From IMG/VR virus record IMGVR_UViG_3300022307_000008, positions 1 through 34,929 of that record: 34,929 bases of DNA. One strand, written 5' to 3'. Shown in pieces: positions 24,303 through 33,593 of the stretch; the stretch's first letter is position 1, and the number at the start of each line of letters is the position of its first letter. The notes under the pieces are model-generated. The model was not told where the DNA came from. It searched no databases and worked only from the letters and a program-made list of their open reading frames with translations. The position numbers were made by a program, and so were the translations under genes. Source of the stretch: a virus (taxonomy: Duplodnaviria > Caudoviricetes).

Positions 24303-27300
24303 TGCTGGCACGATATATTCTGATGTTAGAGTACAATTAGATAAACTCTCTGGTGATATCCAAAAGATCGATGCTAAATTTGATCAATTAGCCGCGAGTA
24401 ATGCCAAGCAAGCGCAAACTGTAGAAAAAAACTGGAAGTCAAGTTTTAATGCTTTGACTGTTGCTGGCGCCGCTGCATTTGCAGCCGTTACACTTGCAGC
24501 CAAAGAAGGTATTAAAACCTTTGCTACATTTGAACAATCAATCGCTAATGTTCGGTCAGTAGCCGGAGGAACTGAAGAAGATTTTAATAAGATAGAGGAA
24601 GCTGCACGGTCTGCCGGTGAAACAACAAGATTCACGGCAAGCCAGGCGGCTGATGCTCTTTATAGTTTGGCCAGTGCCGGACTTGATGCCAACGAGTCAG
24701 TAGCGGCGCTGGATGGTGTTTTAAAACTCGCTGGAGCCACACAATCAGATTTGGCAAGCACAAGCGCCAGCGTTGTTTCAACATTGGCTCAGTATAATTT
24801 AGGCGCAGAAGAGGCCACAAGGGTTTCAAACGTTTTTGCGGCTGCTATTGGTAACAGTCAAGCCAATATGGAAAAACTTACCAATGCTTTCCGACAGGTT
24901 GGCCCGGTAGCCGGCGCATTAAATATTTCACTTGAGGAAACAACAGGAGCAATTCAGGCTTTGCTTGATGCAGGTTTCCAGGGTGAACAGGCAGGAACAG
25001 CATTAAGAAATATATTATCATCATTGGCGAATGAAGCAGACCCTACTACTGTAAAATTAACAAATCTCGGGTTAGCTTTCGATGATCTTAATCCAAGTGT
25101 AAACGGTATTATAGATGTAATCGGGACTTTAAATGATGCGAACCTGGAAGCCTCACAGATCCTTGATGCATTCGGAACAAGGGCTGGACCTCAGATATTA
25201 TCATTGTTGAACGTAGGGAAGCAAGGACTCGAAGATTATACACAAGCAGTAACTGACACGAATAAAGCGGCTGAAGCTTACGCGATTCAAAATGATACAT
25301 TGCAAGGTTCGCTTGATTCTCTTGGTAGTGCTTTTGAATCCTTGGTTATTGGCTTAATAAAAGAATTCGCTCCTGCTATTAGGTTTGTTGTTGATGCAAT
25401 AAAAGGGCTTATTCAGTTTGTAGGATCATTGCCAGGTCCGCTTAAAATATTACTTGGAATTTTTGTCGCTGGCGTTCCTGCTGTTTTTGGAATTGTCACA
25501 GCTATAGGAGCTTTAACAGCAGCTCTTGCCAGCGTTGGTGTGACATTAAGCTCAGTGCTTGGCCCGATTGCTTTGGTTGTTGGCGGAATAGCTGCCGTAA
25601 CTGCTGGAGCTGTCGCACTTGGTGACGCAATACAAAAGGCAAGGGTAGCTGATCTTGGAAAGAGATTCAAGGACGTATCAGAAGAGCTTGAAATATCAAC
25701 CAAGCAACTTGATTTTTTAGTTTCAACTATGGAAACACTCGGAGCTGAAAGTGATTATAGTATAAAAAGAACTATAACTCAATTAAGAAAATTCCAGCTT
25801 GAGACAAAACTTTCAGATGACGAACTGAACAAGCTTGTCAATACTGCCAGAAAGCTTGGAGCTACTGATGAAAATATAGCAGACTTAACTAAATCTGTTT
25901 TTGATTTGACTAAAGAATTCGGAATTACCACAGATCAAATAGAAGAGATATCACGACGATTTTTATATGGATCTAATGTTTTTAAAGGTCAAGTGGATAA
26001 TACTATTTTATTAAATAGAATAGTAAAAGATCTTAAAAAAGAAACTGGATTATCAGAGGCAGCAATTTTAAAAGTAGGTGCTGCATCAGAAAAGGTCACT
26101 GGAACGTTTAAAGAGCAGCTTGATATTGCCGAAAAATCATCAAGACTAAGAAATCAGTTAATTACTACGGAAACTCAGAAAGCTTTATACATTGCAAAGC
26201 TTGAAAAAGAAACAGAGCAAAGACGCGCTGCGGCTGCAGAGGCTGAAAAAAAGCGACTTGAAGATCTTGAAAATGAAAGATTAAAAGCAATCGCAAGGTC
26301 AAAGGGTGTTGTTGAGGCTGGATTGAACGCTCAAGAACAGTACAATGAAGCTTTAAGAATAAACGGATTACTTGAAAAAGAAAACTTGATCACCCGGGAA
26401 GAATCAATAAAAAAGCAGATCTCAGCTACAGAACAATTGATCGAATCATTATTCGAAATAGGTTATACAGGAGAACTTGTAGAGCAGACATACACAGACG
26501 CAACAGGTAAAAGAGTTTCAAAAGTCCAGGAAGGTAATAAAATATTAAGAGATTTAATTGATAATATCTTACCGAATTTAAAAGGACAGCTAGAAGATGC
26601 AGAAAAAACAGGTTCAGATACTTTCGAAATTCAGAATAAAGCGGCTGAAGAATATAGAAGAAAACTTGAAGAATTAAACGCTACAAACATCGAAAGAATT
26701 GAAATAGAGCGACGGGCGGCGATAAATTCAGTAATATCAGCGAAGCTCGAAAAAGACGCTCACAATGAAGCTATCGACGCATTAAACGCATATTATGATG
26801 CGTTGGTTAAGGTTGAAGAAGAGAAAGAAAAAGACAGCGAAAAAACAATCGAATGGACAAAAGAACAACAGAAATTATTAAATGAAGTTAAAGACACTGC
26901 CGATATCGTTGTTGACGCATTTTCAAGAATATTTGGAGCCATAAACGAATTATCAGCCGCTTCAGCTCAAAGAAGAATTGATGATCTTGATAAAGTTTTA
27001 CAGAAAAATATTGAAGCGATAGACGCAGAGCTGGAAAGAGTTCTGGAAGCTGAAGGATTAAAAGAAGAAACAAAAATAGAAAGATTGCAACGAGAAATTG
27101 AAGAAGCAAAGAAAATAGGTGACGAGCAGGCAGCTTATGAAAAATCTCAGGAATTACGCAGGGTTCAACTCACTGAAGATGCTGAAAAGAAAAAGGCTGA
27201 TGCTGTATTAAAAGCCGAACGCGAAAAGGCTCAAATACAATATGATGCCGCAATATCTCAATGGACTGTTAATCTTGCCTTGGCCGTTGCTGATGCTGCT

Positions 27301-27726
27301 AAAGCAATTATTACAGCCTATGCACAACTCGGGCCAATCGGCGGGAGTATTGCAGCCGGTGTAGTTGGCGTGACAACAGGAATTCAACTTGCAGCAATGA
27401 ACGAAGCAAAGCCACAACCACCAGCTTTTAAAACAGGTGGTTTTGTATTTCCTACTCGAGGTTATCAGACAGGCGGGATCGTTGTTCCTTCTGGTGCTAA
27501 TGGGAAACAAATAACCGTTGCTGAAAACGGGGCTCCTGAAATGATGTTAAACGCTGGAGGAGAAGGTGCGGCCATGATGGACATGTTCGCCTCAAGGATA
27601 GCAGCCAAGATCAACAGCGCGGGCGGCGGAGTAATTCAGGCGACTTTTGTGATGAACGGTAAGAAGGTTGCAGAAGGTTCAGCAAAATATTATAATAACG
27701 GACAAGTAAGGATAATTCTATCATGA
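24292..27726 (+). CDS. tail tape measure protein (TP901-type core)
   Basis: 1144 aa, Ala-rich helical; GETTRFTASQAADA..LASAG, G.QGEQAGTALRNIL; central hydrophobic segments; coiled coils. Confidence 0.93.
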   Translation: MAVNAGTIYSDVRVQLDKLSGDIQKIDAKFDQLAASNAKQAQTVEKNWKSSFNALTVAGAAAFAAVTLAAKEGIKTFATFEQSIANVRSVAGGTEEDFNKIEEAARSAGETTRFTASQAADALYSLASAGLDANESVAALDGVLKLAGATQSDLASTSASVVSTLAQYNLGAEEATRVSNVFAAAIGNSQANMEKLTNAFRQVGPVAGALNISLEETTGAIQALLDAGFQGEQAGTALRNILSSLANEADPTTVKLTNLGLAFDDLNPSVNGIIDVIGTLNDANLEASQILDAFGTRAGPQILSLLNVGKQGLEDYTQAVTDTNKAAEAYAIQNDTLQGSLDSLGSAFESLVIGLIKEFAPAIRFVVDAIKGLIQFVGSLPGPLKILLGIFVAGVPAVFGIVTAIGALTAALASVGVTLSSVLGPIALVVGGIAAVTAGAVALGDAIQKARVADLGKRFKDVSEELEISTKQLDFLVSTMETLGAESDYSIKRTITQLRKFQLETKLSDDELNKLVNTARKLGATDENIADLTKSVFDLTKEFGITTDQIEEISRRFLYGSNVFKGQVDNTILLNRIVKDLKKETGLSEAAILKVGAASEKVTGTFKEQLDIAEKSSRLRNQLITTETQKALYIAKLEKETEQRRAAAAEAEKKRLEDLENERLKAIARSKGVVEAGLNAQEQYNEALRINGLLEKENLITREESIKKQISATEQLIESLFEIGYTGELVEQTYTDATGKRVSKVQEGNKILRDLIDNILPNLKGQLEDAEKTGSDTFEIQNKAAEEYRRKLEELNATNIERIEIERRAAINSVISAKLEKDAHNEAIDALNAYYDALVKVEEEKEKDSEKTIEWTKEQQKLLNEVKDTADIVVDAFSRIFGAINELSAASAQRRIDDLDKVLQKNIEAIDAELERVLEAEGLKEETKIERLQREIEEAKKIGDEQAAYEKSQELRRVQLTEDAEKKKADAVLKAEREKAQIQYDAAISQWTVNLALAVADAAKAIITAYAQLGPIGGSIAAGVVGVTTGIQLAAMNEAKPQPPAFKTGGFVFPTRGYQTGGIVVPSGANGKQITVAENGAPEMMLNAGGEGAAMMDMFASRIAAKINSAGGGVIQATFVMNGKKVAEGSAKYYNNGQVRIILS

Positions 27727-28439
27727 GAGTTTTATTTGATAATGTTTTACTTGATTATGACACGATTTCAGGAGATAACGAAAGTAATAATTATCCGGCC
27801 AGCAATCTGGTTCACAGGATATTGACCAAGCGTTATCAGTTCTCATATGGTGCATCAGATCAAATCACGATTGATTTAACTGATTCTGAATATATCAACT
27901 GTTTGTTTTGGTCGTTCACAAATGGAACGCAGATTGATTTTAAATTATATGACGCTTATGATGTTTTATTAGCGAGTCATAGTTTTACAGATGTTTCAAA
28001 CGATTCCGGAAGCTATTATTTTAGTCAATCATATTTCACTAAGAAAGTTGTGATTGATTTATATGCTACTAACGGAGCTTATTTGGGCGGCGTCGGTGCT
28101 GGTGAATATTATGATTTTGGATCACCAGTCAGTCCATGGGATGAAGAGAAAATAGATAATAGTATTGTCGGAATTTCCCCAGCAGGTCAAACATCTCAAA
28201 ATTATGTTGAGCCTCTTGATAATGATAATTGGTTATTTAGAGACTGGACAAGGGATCAGATAAACGAGCTTATAAATATTTATAAAGCGTATGGACAAGG
28301 ACATATAATATGGGTTGATCCTTTCGAAGAAAATGATAGTTTTAGATACCCATATTATGGAATAATAGGGGGTCCGGTCGTCCCTCAGAAAAACGGTCGA
28401 AGATACGATTTTGAATTTAGAACACCGGAGGCACGTTAA
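27723..28439 (+). CDS. distal tail / baseplate protein
   Basis: Directly after tape measure; aromatic, beta-rich; YPASNL motif. Confidence 0.55.
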   Translation: MRVLFDNVLLDYDTISGDNESNNYPASNLVHRILTKRYQFSYGASDQITIDLTDSEYINCLFWSFTNGTQIDFKLYDAYDVLLASHSFTDVSNDSGSYYFSQSYFTKKVVIDLYATNGAYLGGVGAGEYYDFGSPVSPWDEEKIDNSIVGISPAGQTSQNYVEPLDNDNWLFRDWTRDQINELINIYKAYGQGHIIWVDPFEENDSFRYPYYGIIGGPVVPQKNGRRYDFEFRTPEAR

Positions 28440-29318
28440 ATGGCTATAGAAAAATTAAGTTCCCCGAGTAACCCGCCATCAAGCAATCTTGATTGGGGTT
28501 ATGCTGTAACATTGATTGAAAAAGCGTTTTTGAATGAAGAAAACGGAATCAGGATTGATTATGATAATGATCTGGTTTTAAAAGGATCAGTTTTCCAGGT
28601 TGGCGGATCTGTTTATATTGCTACTGCTGACACATCAATCACAGGATCTGCGAGCGATTATGTTAAATTAACAGTAAGTGGATCAAATTTGGTGCCTTCG
28701 TATGTTGCTAATTTAACAGGAGTTACCTGGAATTCAACGTATCGCGGTTATTATGATGTTTCTGGAAATTTGCACGTATTTGATGAAGATAAAGCTTATT
28801 ATGAAGGAACGATAGCTACGGTTTATAAGTCTGATGGTAAGAGGGCTGTTAATGTGGTAAATTATGTTGAATCTTATACAACATTATTTAAAATACAAGC
28901 TTCTTCAAGGGCAGCCGCAGACGAGGCGTCAACCGGAGGAAGCGCGCAAACTTTAACATGGAACACAGACGATTTTAATAATATCACAGGAGCTTCAAGG
29001 TCTGGTAATGATTTCATATTGCCAGCAGGTAAATATACATGTTCTGGTTTTATTAAAGTAAGAAGAGACATTATACAATTTGCACTATACAATGTCACAG
29101 ACGCTGTTATTATTGGAGATTTGTGTCAAAATGATAGTGTTTCAGATCAGATTACATTTCCAACTTTTGAGCTAACATTTTCTATATCCAGTCAGAAAAC
29201 AGTAAGGGTTCAATATTATACAGTAACTGGATATGCGTTTTCATTTCCTGGTGGAGCTAATTATTTTGGAACTTATCAGCCGAGAAGAAGTATAACATTT
29301 GAGAAAGTAATATACTAA
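28440..29318 (+). CDS. minor tail protein / possible receptor-binding protein
   Basis: C-terminal jelly-roll-like F.LPAGKY segment; position in the tail tip module. Confidence 0.5.
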   Translation: MAIEKLSSPSNPPSSNLDWGYAVTLIEKAFLNEENGIRIDYDNDLVLKGSVFQVGGSVYIATADTSITGSASDYVKLTVSGSNLVPSYVANLTGVTWNSTYRGYYDVSGNLHVFDEDKAYYEGTIATVYKSDGKRAVNVVNYVESYTTLFKIQASSRAAADEASTGGSAQTLTWNTDDFNNITGASRSGNDFILPAGKYTCSGFIKVRRDIIQFALYNVTDAVIIGDLCQNDSVSDQITFPTFELTFSISSQKTVRVQYYTVTGYAFSFPGGANYFGTYQPRRSITFEKVIY

Positions 29319-31174
29319 TGACAATAGCAGAATTAACAAGATTTATAAACCTTGAAAATCTCACTCCTTACGATGCTTTTGTTTATAAAGCAACTCCAAG
29401 CGTATATGAATATCCTTCTTTTTGGACTTCAACATTCGGATTCGATGCTGAATCAAGTAGCACAGTTATTCTAATAAAATCAATCGAGCATTTATATACA
29501 AATAAATACAGCGCCGTGAATTCTGCTTCCGCATGTGTCGCTCAAGAGCGCTCGTTTTTTTTTGATATACCAAATCAGGTTATTTATGTACACGTTGACC
29601 ATGATCAATCGAATTATCTTGAATCAGATGTGTATCAGTATGGACGGGCTTATGGATTCACTGACAAAGATTTAATTTATATTGATGATCTTGAGTATTT
29701 ACCATATTTAAAATCAGTTCCTTCAATAGCACAACAAGAGGATTTGCAAAATTATGATAAACTTTCATTGATAACAGGATCTTCAGTATTCGAGAATACA
29801 GGCGCAGATTTTGACGATTTTATTGATGAAAATATATATGGAAATGATATTGATTATTATTATATAAATGATGATTTACCAGAATACACAAGGTCTGATC
29901 TTGTTCCTCTTTCATCTGTATTTATAGACGATTATCAATTTTCATTGACAGAGTTCGAAGTATTCATCCAGGATAAACGAGCCGCGCAAAATATTGATAT
30001 TCCATCACATTTATTTTCAACTTCTGATTATCCCAATATTGACCCTGATTTAGTTGGAGAACCAATACCGTTGATTTATGGAACGCCAAGAATATCAAAG
30101 GCTTATCCTGTGGACGGCGAAACAACCGGAAATGTGACTTATAGACAGGCTGAAGTATTAACTTCACTCGGATCTGTTGAGGTTAAAAGCGGTGATTCCT
30201 GGGTTTCTGCCACGCCATTGAGTTCTGATTTATCAATAGGAAGCTTCACGCTTGATTATGCTGATTGTCGCGATGGTGGCCTGTCAAATGGTGATGTTTT
30301 GGAGTGCCGTGTATTGGGTTCAGCTGGCATTTCAAATACTTATGGGTCAGACCCAATCAAGGATCTTAACGAGCGAGAGCTTGGAATCCCTTATAATTCA
30401 AGTAATTATGACACAACAGAATGGGAAACTGAAGAAAAAAGCCTATCTGAATTAGCTGTTGTATTCGATAAACCTATAAAATTATTTGATGCTATCAAAC
30501 AAATCCAGAATGGAGCTAATCGCGGGTTCCGTTATGAAATCAACTCAACAGGATTAAGAACTATACGAGTATATAATGATTTACGTACAATTAGCAGACA
30601 TATAGAAAAAGTTGAAATATTTAATATAAATGAACTACCAATCACATCTAATAAGGATTTATTAGCAGCAATTGTTAAAGTAAATTATGACAAAGATTTT
30701 AATTCTGGTAGTTTCAGAAAATATATTTATGATGATAAAGTATCTGAAGTTTTGCAAAATTACAAGCAATCTCCCACACTTACCGTTGATAGCCTTGTAA
30801 CTACAGAGACAGATGCAACACTAAGAGCTTTATTTGAGTTTTCAAGATTTTCAGATATTCCGAGAGTTTTTGAAGCCGAATTGACAGGAGAGGACTTTTT
30901 TAATGTCAGGATTTATGATACAATAACAATAGAGATAACGCCAGGTTTTTATGATGTTGATACTGGAGAGTTAACAGGACGGGAATATTTCGGGTGTGTT
31001 GTTGGATTGGTTATCTCTATTGATCCTGATTTCAAGAATTTACGGAATAATATCGGTGTTCTGATAATCAGAGATTTTATACCAAGGGTTGAATTTGTGG
31101 CTGATCATAGTAAGATAAGAAGAGAATTTACCACAGGAACAACACTTGATACAACTTTTGTAACATACGAATAG
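29318..31174 (+). CDS. tail tip / hub protein
   Basis: 618 aa, acidic; G.PIPLIYG motif typical of tail-tip proteins. Confidence 0.6.
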   Translation: MTIAELTRFINLENLTPYDAFVYKATPSVYEYPSFWTSTFGFDAESSSTVILIKSIEHLYTNKYSAVNSASACVAQERSFFFDIPNQVIYVHVDHDQSNYLESDVYQYGRAYGFTDKDLIYIDDLEYLPYLKSVPSIAQQEDLQNYDKLSLITGSSVFENTGADFDDFIDENIYGNDIDYYYINDDLPEYTRSDLVPLSSVFIDDYQFSLTEFEVFIQDKRAAQNIDIPSHLFSTSDYPNIDPDLVGEPIPLIYGTPRISKAYPVDGETTGNVTYRQAEVLTSLGSVEVKSGDSWVSATPLSSDLSIGSFTLDYADCRDGGLSNGDVLECRVLGSAGISNTYGSDPIKDLNERELGIPYNSSNYDTTEWETEEKSLSELAVVFDKPIKLFDAIKQIQNGANRGFRYEINSTGLRTIRVYNDLRTISRHIEKVEIFNINELPITSNKDLLAAIVKVNYDKDFNSGSFRKYIYDDKVSEVLQNYKQSPTLTVDSLVTTETDATLRALFEFSRFSDIPRVFEAELTGEDFFNVRIYDTITIEITPGFYDVDTGELTGREYFGCVVGLVISIDPDFKNLRNNIGVLIIRDFIPRVEFVADHSKIRREFTTGTTLDTTFVTYE

Positions 31175-31182
31175 GAGTTTTT

Positions 31183-32007
31183 ATGGCAGTTAAACAAGAG
31201 GTTGCAAACTGGGAACTTAAAAACTGGTCAACGATTAAAGATCTATATACACCATTTGAAGGTGAAATCGTTTATTTTGAATCTGTAATTACTGGTCAGC
31301 AAAATATAGTTTCTGTTGTAGGAGATGGATCAAGTTTAGTTTCTGCATTGGCGTTTAATGAAGAACTTGAAATATTTTCATCAGCGACAGTTGATTTATC
31401 AAGCTTGAGAATAACAGGATTGAAAGTAAAAATATACAATTCATCTTCATCAGCAATTCAAGTTAATGTAAATACGAGCGGTTCACCATCTTATGAATAT
31501 ATAAATGCAAAAGATAATACTCGAGCGTTTTTCGATGGTTCTGATTGGCGCGTTGATGATGGCCTGAACAATGGAGATATAAAACCGTTCCATAAAAATT
31601 TCGGCGGTAGATCTCGGGAAATTCCCTGGGGGTATGTTGAATGTGACGGAACAGCAATATCAAAATCATGGAGCGAGGATAACGGCCAGACAATAAATGA
31701 TCTTAACGGTGATGCACGATTTTTGCGTGGTGGGTCAACTTCTGGAACTGAACAAGCTGATGCTTTTCAAGCTTGGCAGGCTGTTATTGATAGTGGAGGT
31801 ACAACTTATTATGGTTTTTCAGATTCTGATGCAGCTACTCCAGATGCAGCCGCAGGTGCTAATTATACACTAAATAGGTTCAACAGTGGCCAACAAGGGG
31901 CGGCGACTATGATAAAAGCCGGAAACGATGGGACTAATGGCGACCCAAGAACAGCGGATGAAACAAGACCTGTCAACATGACGGTTGTATATATTATGAA
32001 AGTGTGA
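31183..32007 (+). CDS. tail fibre protein with tail-collar domain
   Basis: IPWGYVECDG, DLNG..RFLRG, G.EQ.DAFQ, ETRPVNMTVVYIMKV. Confidence 0.8.
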   Translation: MAVKQEVANWELKNWSTIKDLYTPFEGEIVYFESVITGQQNIVSVVGDGSSLVSALAFNEELEIFSSATVDLSSLRITGLKVKIYNSSSSAIQVNVNTSGSPSYEYINAKDNTRAFFDGSDWRVDDGLNNGDIKPFHKNFGGRSREIPWGYVECDGTAISKSWSEDNGQTINDLNGDARFLRGGSTSGTEQADAFQAWQAVIDSGGTTYYGFSDSDAATPDAAAGANYTLNRFNSGQQGAATMIKAGNDGTNGDPRTADETRPVNMTVVYIMKV

Positions 32008-32017
32008 GGAATATAAA

Positions 32018-32359
32018 ATGCCAGGATTAACACCAGATGATGAAACAAAAATTGATTTGAAATTCGCAAAATTTAAAGATGAAATAAAAAAAGAAATTTC
32101 AGAAGATCAAAAAGAGAGTAACAAAATGATTAGAGAAATACACCAGGAAATTATAGGTTATGGCGAAAGAAAAGGGATTCTTGCCATAAGTAACGATCAT
32201 GAATGCAGGCTTGACGATCACGACACAAGGCTGAAAGATCTTGAAGAAAATAATAAGGGTAAAATAGAAACAAGAAAAGCCGTTTTTGGAATGTTCGGGA
32301 GCGCTGGATTTGGTGGCGCTGCAATATGGATATTAAGCCAGATTTTTGGAGGTAAATAA
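32018..32359 (+). CDS. coiled-coil protein with C-terminal TM (holin-like/lysis accessory)
   Basis: Heptad RLDDHDTRLKDLE; C-terminal Gly-rich hydrophobic helix. Confidence 0.5.
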   Translation: MPGLTPDDETKIDLKFAKFKDEIKKEISEDQKESNKMIREIHQEIIGYGERKGILAISNDHECRLDDHDTRLKDLEENNKGKIETRKAVFGMFGSAGFGGAAIWILSQIFGGK

Positions 32360-32360
32360 T

Positions 32361-32573
32361 ATGAAAGAAATATTAAACAGGATTAAAGTTTTTATTTGTA
32401 AAGTAATCGCTATAAATGGAGCGTTTTTTATCATGGCTACTATCGCGTTTTTTATGGATAAAATCCCTTGGTGGGGCTGGATTATTTGCTCAGGCGCTGT
32501 TTTAACTTATAGAACAATCCAGAAAATTAAAGATCTTATAACCGCGTTGAAAGGTAACAATGAAAACTCATGA
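32361..32573 (+). CDS. putative holin (two TM)
   Basis: Two hydrophobic segments, charged C-terminus, GGAGG RBS before ATG 32361. Confidence 0.55.
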   Translation: MKEILNRIKVFICKVIAINGAFFIMATIAFFMDKIPWWGWIICSGAVLTYRTIQKIKDLITALKGNNENS

Positions 32574-32976
32574 AAAAATACTTATTATTGCTGTTGTTAT
32601 TTTGGCTATTGGTTGCGCTACCGGTTGGATCTTTTGGTCAATCGAAAGAGGAAACGGAATCGCAAATCTTGAAGCATATCGACGACTTGGAGAATTATAT
32701 AAAGAATCTGGAATCATCATTGATGATCTCAAGGCAACAATTGAAAACGGTCGAAGAGAGCTTGAACAATATAAATCAGCTTACCGAAGAGAATACAATC
32801 AAGCAAATGAAGCTTTACAAGTCATTATCGGAGAAAATCAAGCTGCTGGAAGCGAAATTGAAAGAATCAAAGCAACAATTAGCAAGCTTAAAAAACTCAC
32901 TAATTATTACTTCGATAATTTCGGTAGTGGTGGGCTTGTTAGCAGGCCTCTTAGCTGGACTATATTTGAAGAATAA
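32560..32976 (+). CDS. i-spanin-like protein
   Basis: N-terminal TM followed by a long coiled coil; after the holin. Confidence 0.55.
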   Translation: MKTHEKILIIAVVILAIGCATGWIFWSIERGNGIANLEAYRRLGELYKESGIIIDDLKATIENGRRELEQYKSAYRREYNQANEALQVIIGENQAAGSEIERIKATISKLKKLTNYYFDNFGSGGLVSRPLSWTIFEE

Positions 32977-32983
32977 TCCTTGA
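32570..32983 (+). CDS. overlapping spanin-like partner (signal peptide, coiled coil, C-terminal TM)
   Basis: 137-aa ORF in the +1 frame across almost all of 32560..32976; ATGA coupling to the holin stop. Confidence 0.55.
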   Translation: MKKYLLLLLLFWLLVALPVGSFGQSKEETESQILKHIDDLENYIKNLESSLMISRQQLKTVEESLNNINQLTEENTIKQMKLYKSLSEKIKLLEAKLKESKQQLASLKNSLIITSIISVVVGLLAGLLAGLYLKNNP

Positions 32984-33178
32984 ATCTTGGTCAAATATTT
33001 CTCCGTTTTCCTCTGGGAAACAATGACCAGTTAGACAAGTGCAAAATCCTTTTATTTGAAAATCACACTTGTTAGAACATTGCAAAAAATATTTTGTTAT
33101 AGGCTCGATATTAAATCCTGTGCTATAAGGATCTAATATCGGAGCCTCTTCGCCTACAACGTATTCTTGATGACTCAT
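32960..33178 (-). CDS. small Cys-rich hypothetical protein
   Basis: C...C.......C.C....C cluster; TAATG coupling to ssb. Confidence 0.55.
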   Translation of the reverse strand: MSHQEYVVGEEAPILDPYSTGFNIEPITKYFLQCSNKCDFQIKGFCTCLTGHCFPEENGEIFDQDSRIILQI

Positions 33179-33591
33179 TAGAATGGAATATATTTGTTAT
33201 AATTAGATGAAGTATTTGCATCTTCGACGGTCACAGTTACTGCTTCAGCCTGTTTCTTATTTCCTTCTATGATGTAAGGAAATTTACCATTCGGAATTTT
33301 TAAAATAATCTTGCTTCGCTTGCTTCCGTCTTTTTCCCATGACTGTTGCTCGAGTTCGAATTCTGTATTTATCTGTGTTCCTTTGCACAGTTTTTGAATC
33401 CAATATTGAGGTTTTTTTGTCCAAAACTCAACATCAAGCCAGCTTGTTTTATTCTGCCAGTTTCCTTGATCGTCCTTATAGGATTTATCGTTGTTAACGA
33501 TTGAAAACTTAAGGCATGAATACTCGCTGTTCTGTGGTGCAAAAATTTCAGGATCTTTTCCTAATGTTCCGCTTACTGTTCCATGATTCAT
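33178..33591 (-). CDS. ssb: single-stranded DNA-binding protein
   Basis: G.LGKDPE, T.W..V..W, W.KDG.KRSK; C-terminal IPF. Confidence 0.88.
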   Translation of the reverse strand: MNHGTVSGTLGKDPEIFAPQNSEYSCLKFSIVNNDKSYKDDQGNWQNKTSWLDVEFWTKKPQYWIQKLCKGTQINTEFELEQQSWEKDGSKRSKIILKIPNGKFPYIIEGNKKQAEAVTVTVEDANTSSNYNKYIPF

Positions 33592-33593
33592 AT

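Noticed and set aside
24384-27510. Several minus-strand ORFs inside the tape measure gene
   Set aside because: Antisense shadows of Ala/Leu-rich codons; no RBS or recognisable motifs.
28440-32007. Diversity-generating retroelement or invertible tail-fibre cassette
   Set aside because: No reverse transcriptase, invertase or template/variable repeat pair seen.
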